NCBI GenBank assembly: GCA_030141605.1
Contig: JAQGDQ010000146.1
Location: 255,933 to 319,932, forward strand
Direction of reading: 5' to 3'
Origin: Tubiluchus corallicola
Lineage: Eukaryota; Animalia; Priapulida
Length of the DNA: 64,000 bases
The position numbers and the translations under genes were made by a program. Shown one piece after another: positions 22,901-37,900 of the stretch. The notes below the pieces were generated by a model. The model did not search any database and was not told the origin of the DNA. It saw nothing but the letters and a program-made list of their open reading frames with translations. Each line of letters starts with the position of its first letter. Positions within the stretch are counted from its first letter, which is position 1.

Positions 22901-25900
22901 TAGGAGTCAACTTTTTTGCAGTTTCATGTGGAAGACTGTGACCTTTAGGGCAATTCCCAAATATTTCGTCAATTGTAGTACATAGGCGCTATTGAACAAT
23001 GCACTGTAATATTGCACGCTGTATAAAACGTGTAAATTTAAACTCCAGCGATGATCGTTAGATGCAGCCATTTTGATGGTAGGTCATTTGAAACAAGTTT
23101 AGGTACCACTGTGTAAAGTTTGAAAAAATAATCAGAAGATTCATAGCATACATGTTACTAAGTAAGTAAAATTTTAAATTACAGTATCTTGTCAATAATT
23201 TTATTTATACGTTTTTGGTTAGTGAGCGGCGCACCCTGGAGGGTGTACGAGTGACATTTTACCAATTGGCACGAATATTTTAAATTATTATTTCTAGTCA
23301 CATAAGTCTTTCCAGCAGGTTAGCGAAATGCTAAGTAATATAGATTTGCATGGAAAGTTTTTTAGGGACATAATTTAACATTTCCTTTTCTTCCCCTGAT
23401 TTAAATTTGCATATTGACGTCATGTAATGGCGCCATCGGAACAGTACTGCGGGAGATTTAAAATAAAAACAAACAGAACTTCTTTTCAACGCGAGTATAA
23501 TGTATACATAAACATGCTGTAAAGTAATGTAATTTTTGAAGGCGATTTTTACAAACCTACTTCTGCTGTGCCCCTGTTCTTGTCCTTTAAGTAAATAATC
23601 ATAAAACTATAATGCTAAAATCAGCATCAAATGTCGAACAGTTCTGTAGCAGTGTACTGTAGAAACCGTAAACAACACCAACAGTATTTGAACCATGTTT
23701 TCCCCATTTTTGTTTTCTACTTTTTTGTTCACGACTTGCTTCTTATTTTTGTTTGTTTTGCTCTCCATAGGTTTTTATCAAATTCATATACTCAGTTTTT
23801 ATATTTTCCATGTTTCTGTGTTTTGATAAAGTTTGATTAAAAAATAATAATAATAGATTCGTGTCATTAACTAACAATTTTCCACGTTTCTATCCATTCA
23901 CCAAGTTTGATTGAAAAATAATAATAATAGATTCGTGTCGTCATTAACTGACAGTTTTCCGCGTTTCTGTGTTTTGAACAAGTTTATTTGAAAAATAATA
24001 ATAATAGATTCATGTATTAACTGACAATTTTTACACGTTTCTATGTTTTGATCAAATTTGATTGAAAAATAATAATAATAGATTCGTGTCATCATTAACT
24101 GACAATTTTCCGCGCTTTTATGTTTTAATCAAGTTTATTTGAAAAATAATAATAATAGATTCATGTAATTAACTGACAATTTTTACACGTTTCTATGTTT
24201 TGAAGAAGTTTGATTAGAAAAATAATAATAATAGATTCGTGTCGTCATTAACTGACAACCTTAGAATTAAAATGATATTTTATATCTGCTCGTGGCAATA
24301 ATTATGAATTTTTTTACCATTCATTTTCCCCTTTTCCTGCCGCTGTTATTGGTATATTTCCTGAATGCCCCTTACATTGCGTTTTTTCTTTGCTTCAGTT
24401 TCTTTTTTTCTGTGCCTTTGTTCTCTTTTTTTGTCTCTTGTGTTTTCGTCCTATTTAAATACATCCACCGTGCTTTCTTTCATATGGTATTTTTCAATTC
24501 TTACACTTTGTGAACATCCAACAGTAAAGCTTGGGAAATATCTGTTACGAGTTAACTGCAGGTTTGTAATTCCAACTGAGTATGAAAAATTAATTTTCTT
24601 GCTTCAATAATGTCTTAGGTTGTTGTTGAACATTAAATTGCCGGGAGGAAGCTTGGGCCCTGTTGTTGTGAATTTTTAAATTAGTTGTTATTTAGTGTAT
24701 ATATGTTTCGTGTGTCTATTTAGTGCAAAATTAATTTTCTTGCTTTGATAATGTGTTAGGTTGTTGTTGAACATTTAATTGCCAGTTTGGGCGCTGTTGT
24801 TGTAAATTTCTAAATGAGTTTTTATTTGGAAATCTTTCAACTGGACATTTCCTTTTTATAAGTCACCTTTGCCTTGTGTGTAGGTCGTAATTGAGTGATT
24901 ACACGTAGTCACAACATGCACCTTAGGCGCACGACTACTGAGCCAATAATTAAGCACTGCTACGTGCTTTCTGGCTTCCCAAGGGCGGCATAAGCCAAAC
25001 TCATTTTCGCGTCAATCAGTCTGCACTGAACGCGAGTCTGCAGCAAAAGCGATTGTTGCATTAGAGATTTTGCAGTTGATTTTTCTGAATAATCAGTAAA
25101 AGAAGCTGGACTAATTAATAAAAACTGTGTTTATGTTGATGATTAGCTTGAAAACTTATTTTTCATTGACTGAATATGAAACCATCTGATCACCTGGTTG
25201 ATCAACTTTACCTAGAAAACTAAAGAGTGTCCAGCCATCTGTTTTTTCATTGAATTTAATTTTTTAAACACTGGGGTGGGCATCTTAAATGTACTGGTGT
25301 TAACCTCGGTTGTACAACTGTTCGTTGCACTTTTTCCCATCTGGACGCGCACTTTTGCTCTCAAACTGGCGGAAGAGGAGACCGATTGCGATCCATTTAC
25401 TTCTCTTATGATCTCCCAGCTCAATAAAGAGGGAGACGAAGAGGAAGAACAAGAAGACGACGACGAAGAGGAGGAGGTTGATATAGCTTTGCGAGATGAC
25501 GATTCTAGTCCATGTGTCGACGGCAAACTCGCTGTTCCCCACGGCATTCAGTGCGAGGAAATGCCTCCCATGGAGAGACGACCGACACGTTCTGAGATTG
25601 TTATGAACAGACTCAAAGGTTGCAAACTATGGAAAGAGGTGAAGATTTGTCTCTGTTTATTCTTGCTTATTGCCATTTCTGTTATTATCTTCAGGGTGCT
25701 AATGGGTCGCAACTTGAGAAGGAGATTGGCTCCGAGCAATTCCCAACCAACGAACACTACTTTGGATTGGTAAATGTAAGTAGTCATTTATGCTGCATTT
25801 TATCCCAAGTTTAAAAAGAGAAAATAAGAATATTTCATTTGGTTTAATACGTGTTTATTAAAAGAAGACAGGGTGATTTTTCATACACTACCCCATTTTC

Positions 25901-28900
25901 AAGTCCGATAAAAAGTAAGCATTTTAACACAATTAATACTCCAAAAGCATTTCTGATAATTAAATAATACATGTAGATTGAAATCTTAATTAACGGCGCC
26001 TAACTGTTGGTGACATTGCAAAGTAACATAATTTTCAACAGCAAAAACATTCCACGAGCATGTTACGTATGTTTGAGAAAATAAAAGTTGAAGTAAAGTG
26101 CAATTGTAAGATATTCAGTGTGTTGCACTAAAACTAAGCAAGTTTTAAAGCAAAACTGCACCCAATCTTGAATTGTAGGTCAAAACAATCTGCTCTTTAA
26201 GATATTGAAAGAAAACATACTTTTTTCAGAAATAACTTACGTGAAAGAAATATAACCACACAAACACATTTTCCAGTTCGCGTCAGTAGTACTTTGCTGT
26301 TACATGGATTTTGCCATTCTCTAGTTCAATGGGCACTAGCATCTGCATTTCGGAAAGTGTTGCACAAAAAACAGGTGCTGTACCTCTCAGTTCAGATGTC
26401 TTAGTTTGTGATGAACTACACACGTTCGACAGCTCGTGCATGAGCACAGCTGTAAACTTAAGATTTGAATTTTTTATTATTCTTGAGAAAATATTGCATT
26501 TCTTTTCAATTTTATATATGGTATATTGTTTTGAGCTATACTTTAAGATTGGGTCAGGTTTTCGTTAACTGTATTATAGGTGCAACATAATTTCATATTA
26601 TTAAATGAGAGAACTCAATAGAGGTGCAGACACATGCCTTGGGCAAAACTGTAGTTTGATTGACCTGGTTAAGTTGATCTTTGACCTTTTGAGCCCAGAA
26701 GCAACGAGTTTGGCGATGTTGCAGATCTGGTGATTATAGTCTCATCTGTTTTGAATTTTTTTTTGATGTTGCGATCTTGACCTTTTCGTAACTCAAAAGG
26801 AATGGGTTTTGAACTCTTACCCATTCCTATCCACAAACCAAGTATGGTGATTATAACTTTATCTGTTTTGATTTTATCATTCACGCATGCATGCACACAC
26901 ACGCACACATGCACAGACACACTGGCAGATGCTACTAAACTCCTGCCCACGCTCGGACCCTCTTGCCTTGGACACGTGGATAAAGGATTGTGTGCAGGCT
27001 TGGTCTTAATAACATCACGCGCAGCCTGTATTTGCAAATGTAATTTACAGTTTTGATAGCGTGTGCAAATCTAATAGTCGTTCGTTAATCAGTGTGCGGG
27101 CGTCATTTGCAGTAATCAGAGAGTGGAGAGCAGAGACGATTAGTTTGGCTTGAAAAAATACTATAGTTAATTCTCATTACATCCGTGCTGGAAAACAAGT
27201 TCATCTGTACCTTATTTAGCAACAACTATTTTGGATTATCAGTTAAGACATAAAAATTCGTGAAAATTAAAACATAATATGTAAAAGCCATTTCACTTAG
27301 TTACATAGTTAGTGACTCTGTAAAAAGACTTGTAGACTGAATGAGCTTTTTTCTGGGGCTGTCAACATTCATTCTCATTTTTTGTATTTGAAAAATCGTT
27401 TTTTTTTGTATTCCAAAAATCGTATTTTTTGTATATCAAAAATCGTACTTTTTGTATTCCAAAAATCGTCCTTTTTGTATTTCAAAAATCGTATTTTTTG
27501 TATTCCAAAAATCGTCCTTTTTCTATTCCAAAAATTGTATTTTCTTGTATTCTAAAAATCATACTTTTTGTATTCCAAAAATCGTATTTTTTAAATGCCA
27601 TAAAATATGATTTTAGTTTCCGGCATTATTAATGGGACCCTCAACCCCGCTAACCAGTTTGTGCATTAGATGTTGGTACTTCTGTGTTGGCCGGACATAT
27701 GTATGTGTTTGTTTGGTTGATTTTTGTGTAACATCCATGTTATTGCGCTAGCATGGTCTTTCTTGACTGGTCTGGACCATATACTTCTGTTTTTTTTCAG
27801 TAATATTCAATCAAGGCATTTCAGGCAAAATCATCTATATATTTAGACATGATAATCAATAAACAAACCCTTATTTTACGTGTGGATTTTTTGATGAAAT
27901 GTTGTAAAATAAAAATTTTTGTTGTATTCATCATTCATCATCATCCAATGAACCATACGTCCAATGAGATGATTCTGTTCACCTCCCTTTGCCAGGACTC
28001 CCTACTCACTGCAATGTCCCTAGTGCATTTATCTCTAAGGATCAATGCTGAAGTGTTTAAATCCTTCTATGCAAAATTTAAATATGTTAACAGTTGTCCT
28101 CCTGCAGGTTTTTTAGCTGGTTCTATGGCTTGTTGAAGAGCTATCTTCATCGGATTATCATCAGGTAGTCTAAGCATATGCCCAATCCATCTTAAATGGC
28201 GTTTTTTATTTTTCTTGTCCAAGGTTCTTATTTTATTTTTCGTATAGATCTTTATTTGAGATTTCCTTTGGCCGTCTGATACCCAAAATGTTTCTGTAAT
28301 TTCGCCTTTGAAATGCATCAGTTTCAGATTTGCTTTTAACGTCCAAAGCTCAGAGTTGTACAGAAATACAAATTTCAACTAACGTTGAGAACATTCAAAT
28401 TTTTTTCCCACATCATCTTCCTATTCTCAAACTTTTGTGAGTTTTGAATAAGCCGATAATGCCATGATCTTCCGTCATGATATTTTGTCTTCTGTTGCTA
28501 GCAAACTATCGAGATACTTGCATTTTTTTCTGTAATTCATCGCCATGGTGTGTTTTGTTATACATTAGGGTATATGTATATAGATATAACCTAATATATA
28601 GTTGTATTGTTAATGTTAAATCTTTTTGGTAAAGAAGTACGTGTGTGTGTGTGTCTTTGTGTTCACGTGCGTGTATGCATGTGTGAGTGTGTACGTGTGT
28701 TACTGTTAAAACTAATTCAGGAGTGTTTACTACGATCTGGAAATTTCGCAAAAATCCTATGGCAAATCAGAACTCACTGAGAGGAACAGAGAACAACAAA
28801 GCTTATCCAGTAGACAATTTTGGTTAGCTAAGCACGGCATTTATATCGATCAAGCTTCAACGTCCAATTCTTCTCAAACAGTTTTATTTCCAGCTGTAAT

Positions 28901-31900
28901 CATTGCCGCGGGGCCCAGTGCTGTGTAATTTTGTTCAATTTCTCCGGACTTGAATAACCGCGAAACAACTTTGATCTTCACTAGAACTTTGATTTGCCAA
29001 ATAGCTGGCCTGGTAGGTATTTTTAGTCCTCATCAATGAAAATTTACATTTGCCTTCAGAGAAATGCATAAATTTTTACCGGGTAATGTTTGCCAGGCTA
29101 GTGGGCTATCTTTATGTGTTGTACAAAGAAAATTAAGGACATTATCATACATTTCGTACATTTTCGACAAGGATGCCGATGTCTGTTTTTATTATTTTTC
29201 TAATATGAAACTACAAATGCATAAAATGGTATCCTTCTTAGGAGATCATAATCAAAACAATTAAATCTCGAAAGTTTGTGTGCTGCACTGATATTTTGAG
29301 ATATTTTGAAGCTGTTTTTCTACTCTCATGCATTATTAATGAGTCCATAATAGGCTGCCTATTCAATATAACACTGAACCATACCACAAGCTTTTACTTT
29401 TGTTGCATATTTTTAGTTATGGACTTTCTATTCTGAACTTGTTTGCCATCTTACAGTCTGCTAGTATTTATTTTGCATTGCAGCATGTTGCATTGATATG
29501 CATCTCAGTCCATAGGGGAGAAAAGATAACACGGATAAGATGGGATTATTTCTGACATTCTGGAACTTTTCTTGTGTGTCTTTATAAGTCTTCAGTTTGT
29601 CAGCAAAAAAGCCCTACCTACTACTCACTGATGCGCTTAAATTTAGTTGGTTCATGCAACTTATTTTCTAATATGACCTTCGTCATGAGTCGGTTTATTT
29701 TATTGGCGTCATGTTCATATAAGTCACACTGTGGTTTTTGCTTTTGCATTCACCTTAATGAATTAAAGAGTGACACTTTGAATCAAAAATGCAATAAGAA
29801 TTGGGTTAACAGATGCCAAGGTTTAGGTACTATGCTTTCACTCCAAAAACATGTCAGCTTTCATAACAACAACAACTTCAAATCAGTAACTTCAGGGCAC
29901 TGTTAATGCAGTGCGTAACTAGTGTTTAGTTGATAACACATCAGTTTTCATAATTTAATACAGTGCCTAACAATTTTTTTGTTTGAATAAATTAGTTTTC
30001 TTGGCTACTCAGAAAAGGGCAGCATGGGCCTACTTACTTGACAGGAATTGCAGGATGTACTGTGATTGTGTGGTATATGCCACTGCAAGCATTTGGTAGT
30101 TGAATTTTGTTATATGATTAATTTTTTGTGTCGTCGCAAAAATGTTGACACCCAATAGTACGCGTGAAGCCGGATAAGCGGTTTATTAATGTCTTAGGGT
30201 AATCTCTGTAGTGATGGGGGCACGTTCATTTTTGGGTATGTGACATTTTTTTAAAAAATACACCTAAAACACTCATTAAACATTCATCCATGAATGACGT
30301 CATTTTTGGTGCACGGTGTCGTCTTTTCCACCTGTAAATGGCTTCTTCTCAACCCCAAAATTGAAAAACGTTTAGTTTAAGAAGGGATACGCTCCTCTTA
30401 CATCAATTATCTCATATGAGTGACATGTAACGTAACTGCTAGTAAGTACGACTTGCCTGATTGATAATCGCCCGTAGTAATGATTCAAGCTGCGAACGGA
30501 AAACACAGAATGTTACTTAGTCGTTCGTGCAAATCGTCTTTGTGTGTGTAGGAACCTGTCGGCGAACGTGAAGCCAGTTTTACAAGGTTCAGCGTTGCTA
30601 ATTAATGGAGGATTAACAGACTGATGATCACGTTTTCGTCGCGAACGTCACTAATTTTCGTTAATTAAGCTGTTATGGCGTTGATGTTTCCTTAAATTAT
30701 TAATATTATGAATTCAATCAATTAAGAAATTAATTAATAAAAATATTAATCCATTTATGCAGTTTTGAACGCTGCAAGGCATTACACTCATATCTTGGTT
30801 TACCGGACATGAGTGGGGAGATGTCGGTCCGAATTTTCCGATACTCAACTAATCAGTAGGTGCCGTATATTAGATTCACGGTAATGTAGAATTAATCGCA
30901 TAATTGTCTCAGAAACGCTCCTATGCAAAAGTATATAAAAACCGTCAGCAATTGAGTCGAATAACTCCACATAATTGACTCTCCCATGGAGATATACACG
31001 TGGTTACACTGATGTAATGATGTAAACAAAGTGACGCCCCGCCAGCTAGCAGTCAACTCACGAAACAACGGACTGTGTCCGTATCGTACGCGGGATTTTT
31101 TAACAGTGCAGATTTCGTCCGATTCTTACAAATAGATCTGCAAAAGCGAGGTCTGGCAAACCGAGATATGAGTGTACGTAACTCAGAGGCGGCTAAAATG
31201 TTGGTTATTGTGGCTGGACAGGAATGTAGTACATTATCAAATTTCCATGTAACTACGAACCATTGTGATAAATTAAATCTTATTAACAATGCTTTCTCAC
31301 CTTGAGGTTTTCCGATTTTTCTCAAAATCCCATGCAGTAAGGAAGTTCGGTTCACAGTGAAACCCCGTGTTCAGTTAGCTGCAGCTACTTTGCGAGTTTG
31401 TACTATATAATGATGTCTAAATTAAGTTATACTTGCCATATTTCTCATATATGAAGTACCATTAATAATGTGTGTCAATGTAACATCAGACTATTTGTCT
31501 TTTAGCAAAGTTCTACTAACCACTTCAAAATCTGAAAATATATGTATATAAAACAAATATATGTGTGCCTTATTTTTCTTTTTCAAGAATATAGCTATCA
31601 GTGTTGCATTAATAAAATATAAATCGTCAGTCTGTTAAAAGAGAGATTAAATTTTATAATTTTATGCTGAAATGTGTTAATTGTTGTTCGTTAAATAAGA
31701 AAGAAGTAATTGAGTAGTTAAATTTAAGACTGAATTCCGCGAGGATTTCTCGCGAAAATGGAAAATGCAGTATTTATATCATGCGGCTAAATTCCTCACG
31801 AGGAGGATACATAGGTTCTAACTGACAACAGAATTACTCATGAGGAACTGCACGAAGCATTTTGCTGTGCGCTCTCACTGTGTAGTGGACCTTAGTAAAA

Positions 31901-34900
31901 TGGGCACACATTTGCTGGTCATTGGACATTTTCCCTTGTGCCAGTAATAATACTCTGGTCGTCCAACCCAAAATTAAAAATGTTTGACAGGTCTAGTACG
32001 CTGTTGTGCGCATGCGACCAGGCGCCCATGTCTGAGCCCAGGTAGAGAAAGCACTGTTTTTGTTGTCAGTTGTCACGTGCTTACGGTGAATGGAGCAAGC
32101 TTGAGCTGCGTCAGTTTAGGCTGTTAGTTAGCAAAATATATTTTTTGTTTAGGATTTATCAAGATTATGTATAAACTTTCTCATGTTTGTTTGTTTAAAT
32201 TATAATTACAAAATTGACATTACATATGTTTGTTTCGTTTTACACAGTATTAATACAATCGCTAAAAATTTTCTGAAGCAGTTCCCCCAGTAATTTTAGC
32301 TACTAACTGCCACTTGCCCTGTTGTCATTTTGTCTAACTAACATTTTCTACATAAACAGGTTGTACGTTCTGTGATCTTTGTTATTTGCAGTTTGGTAAC
32401 ACCTGCTATTGCAACTCTGTCCTCCAAGCACTGTATTTCTGCAAGCCATTCCGGGAGAAGGTACTTCAGTATAAGGCACAACAAAAGCGTAACAAGGAGA
32501 CACTGTTGAGCTGCTTGTCCGATCTCTTCTACAACATTGCCACTCAGAAGAAACGGGTTGGAACCATTGCACCCAAAAAATTCATCACTCGCTTGCGCAA
32601 AGAAAACGGTTTGTGATCATATTACAGTAAATTCCGCAAAACTCAAATTCAACCGAACTGGAAAAAAACTTTGAGTTAGGCGATGTTGACCATTTTCCAG
32701 CATAGCAAATCTTAACCCCGCCTCCAGAAGGCAGAAAGTCAACCCTTCTATACATAATCGACAAGATTTGAGGACAATTACTTAAAGAATAACAAATTAT
32801 GTAGTGAAATACGATTTTTTTTCTGTTACAAAAGAACACGTACACAACACTGTTAAACAATACAACTGAGACTTTCCCGGAAAGATCAGTACCGGAGAAA
32901 ATAATCGGGATCACGACTTCAGAATTTTCCCAGTAGACGATACTGTTTTTGAGTTGTATAAAACTTTATTTTTCTAGAGTATAAATTACGTTTTGGGTTT
33001 AGGCGAAGCAAATTACATGTATTTTGATTAAATGGACCATAATTTTTTATTTGGGTTAGGTGAAATTCTGAATTATATATTTTGAGTTAAGCGATGTTTT
33101 TTGTAGGAAAAATTTGGGAATCCATTTCACTGAAATTCTGTGAGTTGGGCGAAAATTTGAGTTACATGTTTTTTAGTTATGCAGAGTTTACTGCAGTAAT
33201 AATAATAATACTAAACTGATAAATAACCGGTTTATAACTATTTGAGAACTTGAATTGTATTCCTGTTTTGCTTATTATTATGTTTATAATGAACTTACTG
33301 AATTTTACTCTAAAAATATTTCCTCCTTTTGCAGAAAACCCCGTAAGTGAGCAGTTTATGTTTATTAATTGCCTAAATGATATAGAGATGAGAAACTTGG
33401 TAATAAATTTTATGTACGACGTGAGTAAGAAAAGGGGAGTGAAACAGGATAACAAATATCTTTAACTTGAACTCCAGCCTACAAAATGTGTTCTTACTAC
33501 ATGTATTGTACAGTTGTTTCTATCTGTTAGTATTGTGCTTTTGTTATCGTTGTGCTTTTGTTAGTATTGTACTTTTGCTAGTATTGTGCCTTTGTTAGTA
33601 TTGTGCTTCTGTTATCATTGTGCTTTTGTTAGTATTGTGCTTTTATTATCATGCTTTTGTTAGTATTGTGCTTTTGTTATCATTATGCTTTTGTTAGTAT
33701 TGTGCTTTTGTTATCATTATGGTTTTGTTAGTATTGTGCTTTTGTTAGTATTGTTCTTTTGTTATCATTGTGCTTTTGTTAGTGTTGTGTTTTTTTGGTA
33801 TTGTCGTTCCATCCCATGTACAGAGTCAATGTTTTTCTGTTCTCTTTATCTTGTATGTCCAATAAACTGTAACCGATGTGCACTTGCACATGTAATTACA
33901 TATTTGTAAGTTTATTGATGTTACATTTAGCTTTGCAAGTCTATAAAGTTTTTTTGCATTCCTTTGTTGAAAAAAAACACCTACTTACCCGTTATCTCAT
34001 AACCTGTTGGTGATTTTTAAAAAGTTTGTTGTTTTTTGCAGAGCTGTTTGATAACTATATGCAGCAAGATGCTCATGAATTTCTCAACTATCTGCTCAAT
34101 ACGATTGCCGATTTATTACAAGGTAATTCCATAAACTTCTATATGATTTCTGCATGAATTCTTTTCTTCGGCTTAAAATCACTATGAATTAGCGAGCAAT
34201 GCACAAGTGATCTAAGTCCATTAGTTGTTTTCTAGAAAAAGTAATGACTAGCGCATTACGCTTATAACATTAACTATTTTTACCGATTTTTGCTGCTGAC
34301 ATTTCAGAATTTATACTTATTCAGAATAAGGACTACTAGGGCTGCTATAAATATGACAAAGAGAAGTGTATTATCTTAGAAGATTGTAAAAATCAATACG
34401 TATTTCGTACTTGGCTGAAAAAAGTCTGAATCAATAAGAAAGTGTTAGTTTGATTTGCGTCAGAGTGAATTACAGTCAACCTCGGATATATGGGACACTT
34501 CCGGACCGGAAAAAATCATCCCTTATAGCCGCAGTTGGGGCAGACTGATTTTCACGAGTTTTGATGCCCGATGCTGATTAAGTCAGTACTAGAAATATAC
34601 TTGAGAGCAGTATATCATTCAGCAACTGAAGAACCTGATGGGGAATTGTAAATTGAGATGTATATTTCAAATACCTCTGGCTAGAAACTAGTACTGCAAC
34701 TTCAACGTGGATTATCTCAGCTTAGAAATAACATAGAGTGATGAGCTTGGTATCAAAGTGATCCTCATGAAGTGGAGATTTAGGATATGTGAATAACTAG
34801 AAAAACTTATTTGCCGACTTATGGACATTTTGCTCTGCAACACACGTATACATAATAAAGTCATCAGATTTTAATAGATTTCATAGAAGTGCATTTGTTG

Positions 34901-37900
34901 CTGTTAGTAGTCACTTGTTGCCTGGTATGCCAGGTGGCTTGTTCGGAGTTATTTCTCATAGGAATCTACGTCAGAGCTACACGTATCCACAAATGTGACA
35001 TGAGATCATTTTTCTGGCATTGCATTAAGAACGTGAGCGAAAACATTACTCATGTCATGTGAAAGCCCATCTACTGCCTTTCCTGAAATATATTGCGTGT
35101 AATTGGTCATTACGTGTGACAGCACATGTGTGAGCTCTACTTTCTTTGTGGTGAGCGGCAGCTGTTGATTAAATCTAAAAAACTGTAAAAGCTCTTGTTA
35201 AACCTGTTTTTGTGTCATTCCTGACTTACAGTGATTAACTGAAGACGTAGACATAGACATAGAACATTTACTTTCTCCAATTAGTTTAACATCAAAAGTT
35301 TTTTAGATATTAAGTAATTATAATTATGGAGCAGGGCAGGGAAGGACCATATGGTCATCTAGTTTCCTGCTCTTTCTTATAAATAGATTAGTATATTAAA
35401 AATTAACGGTGATGCTGCAGATAACAAAAACAAAAACAATAAGAAAAAATAATAATAAAAACAGTATAAATGATACAAATTATCCAAAAAGAACTGAAAA
35501 CAAAAAATGATAAAGTTAGATACCTAAATTTAAACAAAACAAAACAATTATTCAGTAATTAGGATTATTACTTGTAGTAGTTTCAAATGGGGTCTTATTA
35601 ACACTGGAATTTGACCAAGGTTAGTGAGTAAAGTTAGAAACTGAGAGTATGGAAAGAAAAAATAAGCATCAAAAAGTGTAATATAGAAAAATTTATGAGA
35701 AAAAGTAAGTTTGTGAAAGAGCAACAATTACTTAGGAGATGAGGAGAAAAAAAGAAAAGATGAAGGATTTGGAAAACTTGATCACAGCTCTTACATGTAG
35801 TATTTGCACTTCCCATAAGTAGTAAAATATTCCCAAAAGGTTAGGGGCTGTGGTGTTTTGTTTCCCTCGGAAGGCTCGTAGAGAAAACCAGAATATACGT
35901 CATCAAATTAAACTAGTTTATTATATGAGAATTCTACAACACAAAAGTATGAAGGAACGCGAAATATTTACAGTAGATGTGATAATCTGAAAACGTGAAA
36001 ATGTGAAAGCGAGAAAGCGTATCTGAGAATGTGAGAATACGAGGATACAAGAGAATAAACTCCAGCGGCCAGCTCCGCCTTATATATCAGTGCAAAGGAA
36101 CAATCTAGAAAGCACTATGCGCATCGCGTATAGAAAGTTCTGGAATCTTCTACAAGGTAAGAAGATTGTTCTACTATACTATAGAATATTCCAGATCTCC
36201 ACAACAGGGGCATAGCCAGGTTCTGAAGTTAGGGGCTTAGCCAGGTTCTGAAGTTAGGGGCACAGCCAGGTTCTGAAGTTAGGGGCACAGCCAGGTTCTG
36301 AAGTTAGGGGAGCAAGCAGATTCCAACATTCAAGCACGTAGCAGATTCAAACGTATTGTCTAAGATATTACGGTTGCCAGAGTTGAATAATTTGAAAACA
36401 CATTTTATTGATACTGGTTGGAACATAGCTATATCTAAATTATGGAAACTGTCGTATAGACCTGACACTTATTACTGGTACCATTCAGCCGAGTAATCAC
36501 TTTGCAAAACGGTTTCTTAAATTCTATGTAGCATGTAAATAGTAGCAACTCTACAGTTAACTTTATAGCCAAACATACATTATATGACGTAAACTCATTA
36601 ATGAGTTTCAACTTGTATAAAATTGTTATAGAAAATAATTTTACCCTAAAAGATATATGTAGTAATTTTTATGTATTACCTCATAAAATTTTAAAAATAA
36701 GCGAGTTAAGTTCCAGGAAGCTAGAGTTTTATTGAAAACAGGAATTTTAATTTTTTATTGAAGTTTCCGTGCTTGTTGTTGTTGTTGTTTTTGTTCTTGT
36801 TCTTGCAGTCGTAGTCATCATTGTCGTTGTCGTCGTCATCATTGTCTTTGTTGCTGTTGTTGTCGTTATCATTGTCGTTGTTGTTGTTGTCAGTAATTGA
36901 TATTTATTTTTACTTTTACTGCTAGTCTACTAATTTCTTTTAATTGAACCACGTGTGTAACTTAACTGTACAGGTGTGTCCAAAAATAAATGATGTTAAT
37001 AATAATAAGAAGAAACGCGCCGTGACACATACCAAACAATTTTTTACACATTGATTATACATTTTAATTTTGCGTTTAAAATCAAACCACGAGGTAGACA
37101 CAGTTTTAAAGAGAGAAGAGAACATAATTATTTTGTATTTAAAAAGCACAATAAAAAGTTGTACAGTAAGTGCATAAAAAAATATAAAAAAGATTAAACT
37201 TTTATCGCACTAGTGAACTAAATATTTAAAAGATTATTGGAAAGGCGCCAATTTAGAAAAATGCGCTCGGGTAGGGCGGCATTTGCTCTTTTTTCCCCTA
37301 TTAGCTACGCCAGTGCATATAATATGAAATGCCGCTGTACGCTGTACAATTTCCACTATGTTTTTCATTGCAAAGTAAAACTTTTGTTTCAGTGTACAGG
37401 AATTTTCCTTTTTTAGTTTAACATTGTTCACCAAAGTTTAACATGTTTTTAACCATAAATATAATTATTATGGTACTGCTAAGCTAATACCTTGTATGAT
37501 TAGTACAAGCAGCTTAAAGCAAAACCTGATTCAATCTTAAACTGTAGGTCAAAACAATCGACTCTTTAAAATATTGAAAGGAAGCATACTATTTTTTCAA
37601 AAATGACTTACGTGAAAGAATTATTACCACACAAACACAATTTCATGTTCGCGCCACTAGTTCTTCGCCGTTACATGCATTTTGCCATTTGTTAGTTAGA
37701 CGAGTAGTAGCACCTGCATTTCAGAAATGCACTGCATGCAAAACAGGTGCTGTACCTTTCAGTTCAGATGTGTTATTTTGTGACGAATTACACATGTTTC
37801 ACAGCTCATGCTTGAGCACAGCGGTAAATTTTAAATTTGAATTTTTATTTCAAAACTTGCCTACTTTTAATACAACAGACTGAATACCTTACAGTAGCAC

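Noticed and set aside
22306-22903. Cluster of overlapping ORFs
   Set aside because: Result of high GC in the RTE fragment; only the RTE frame is meaningful.
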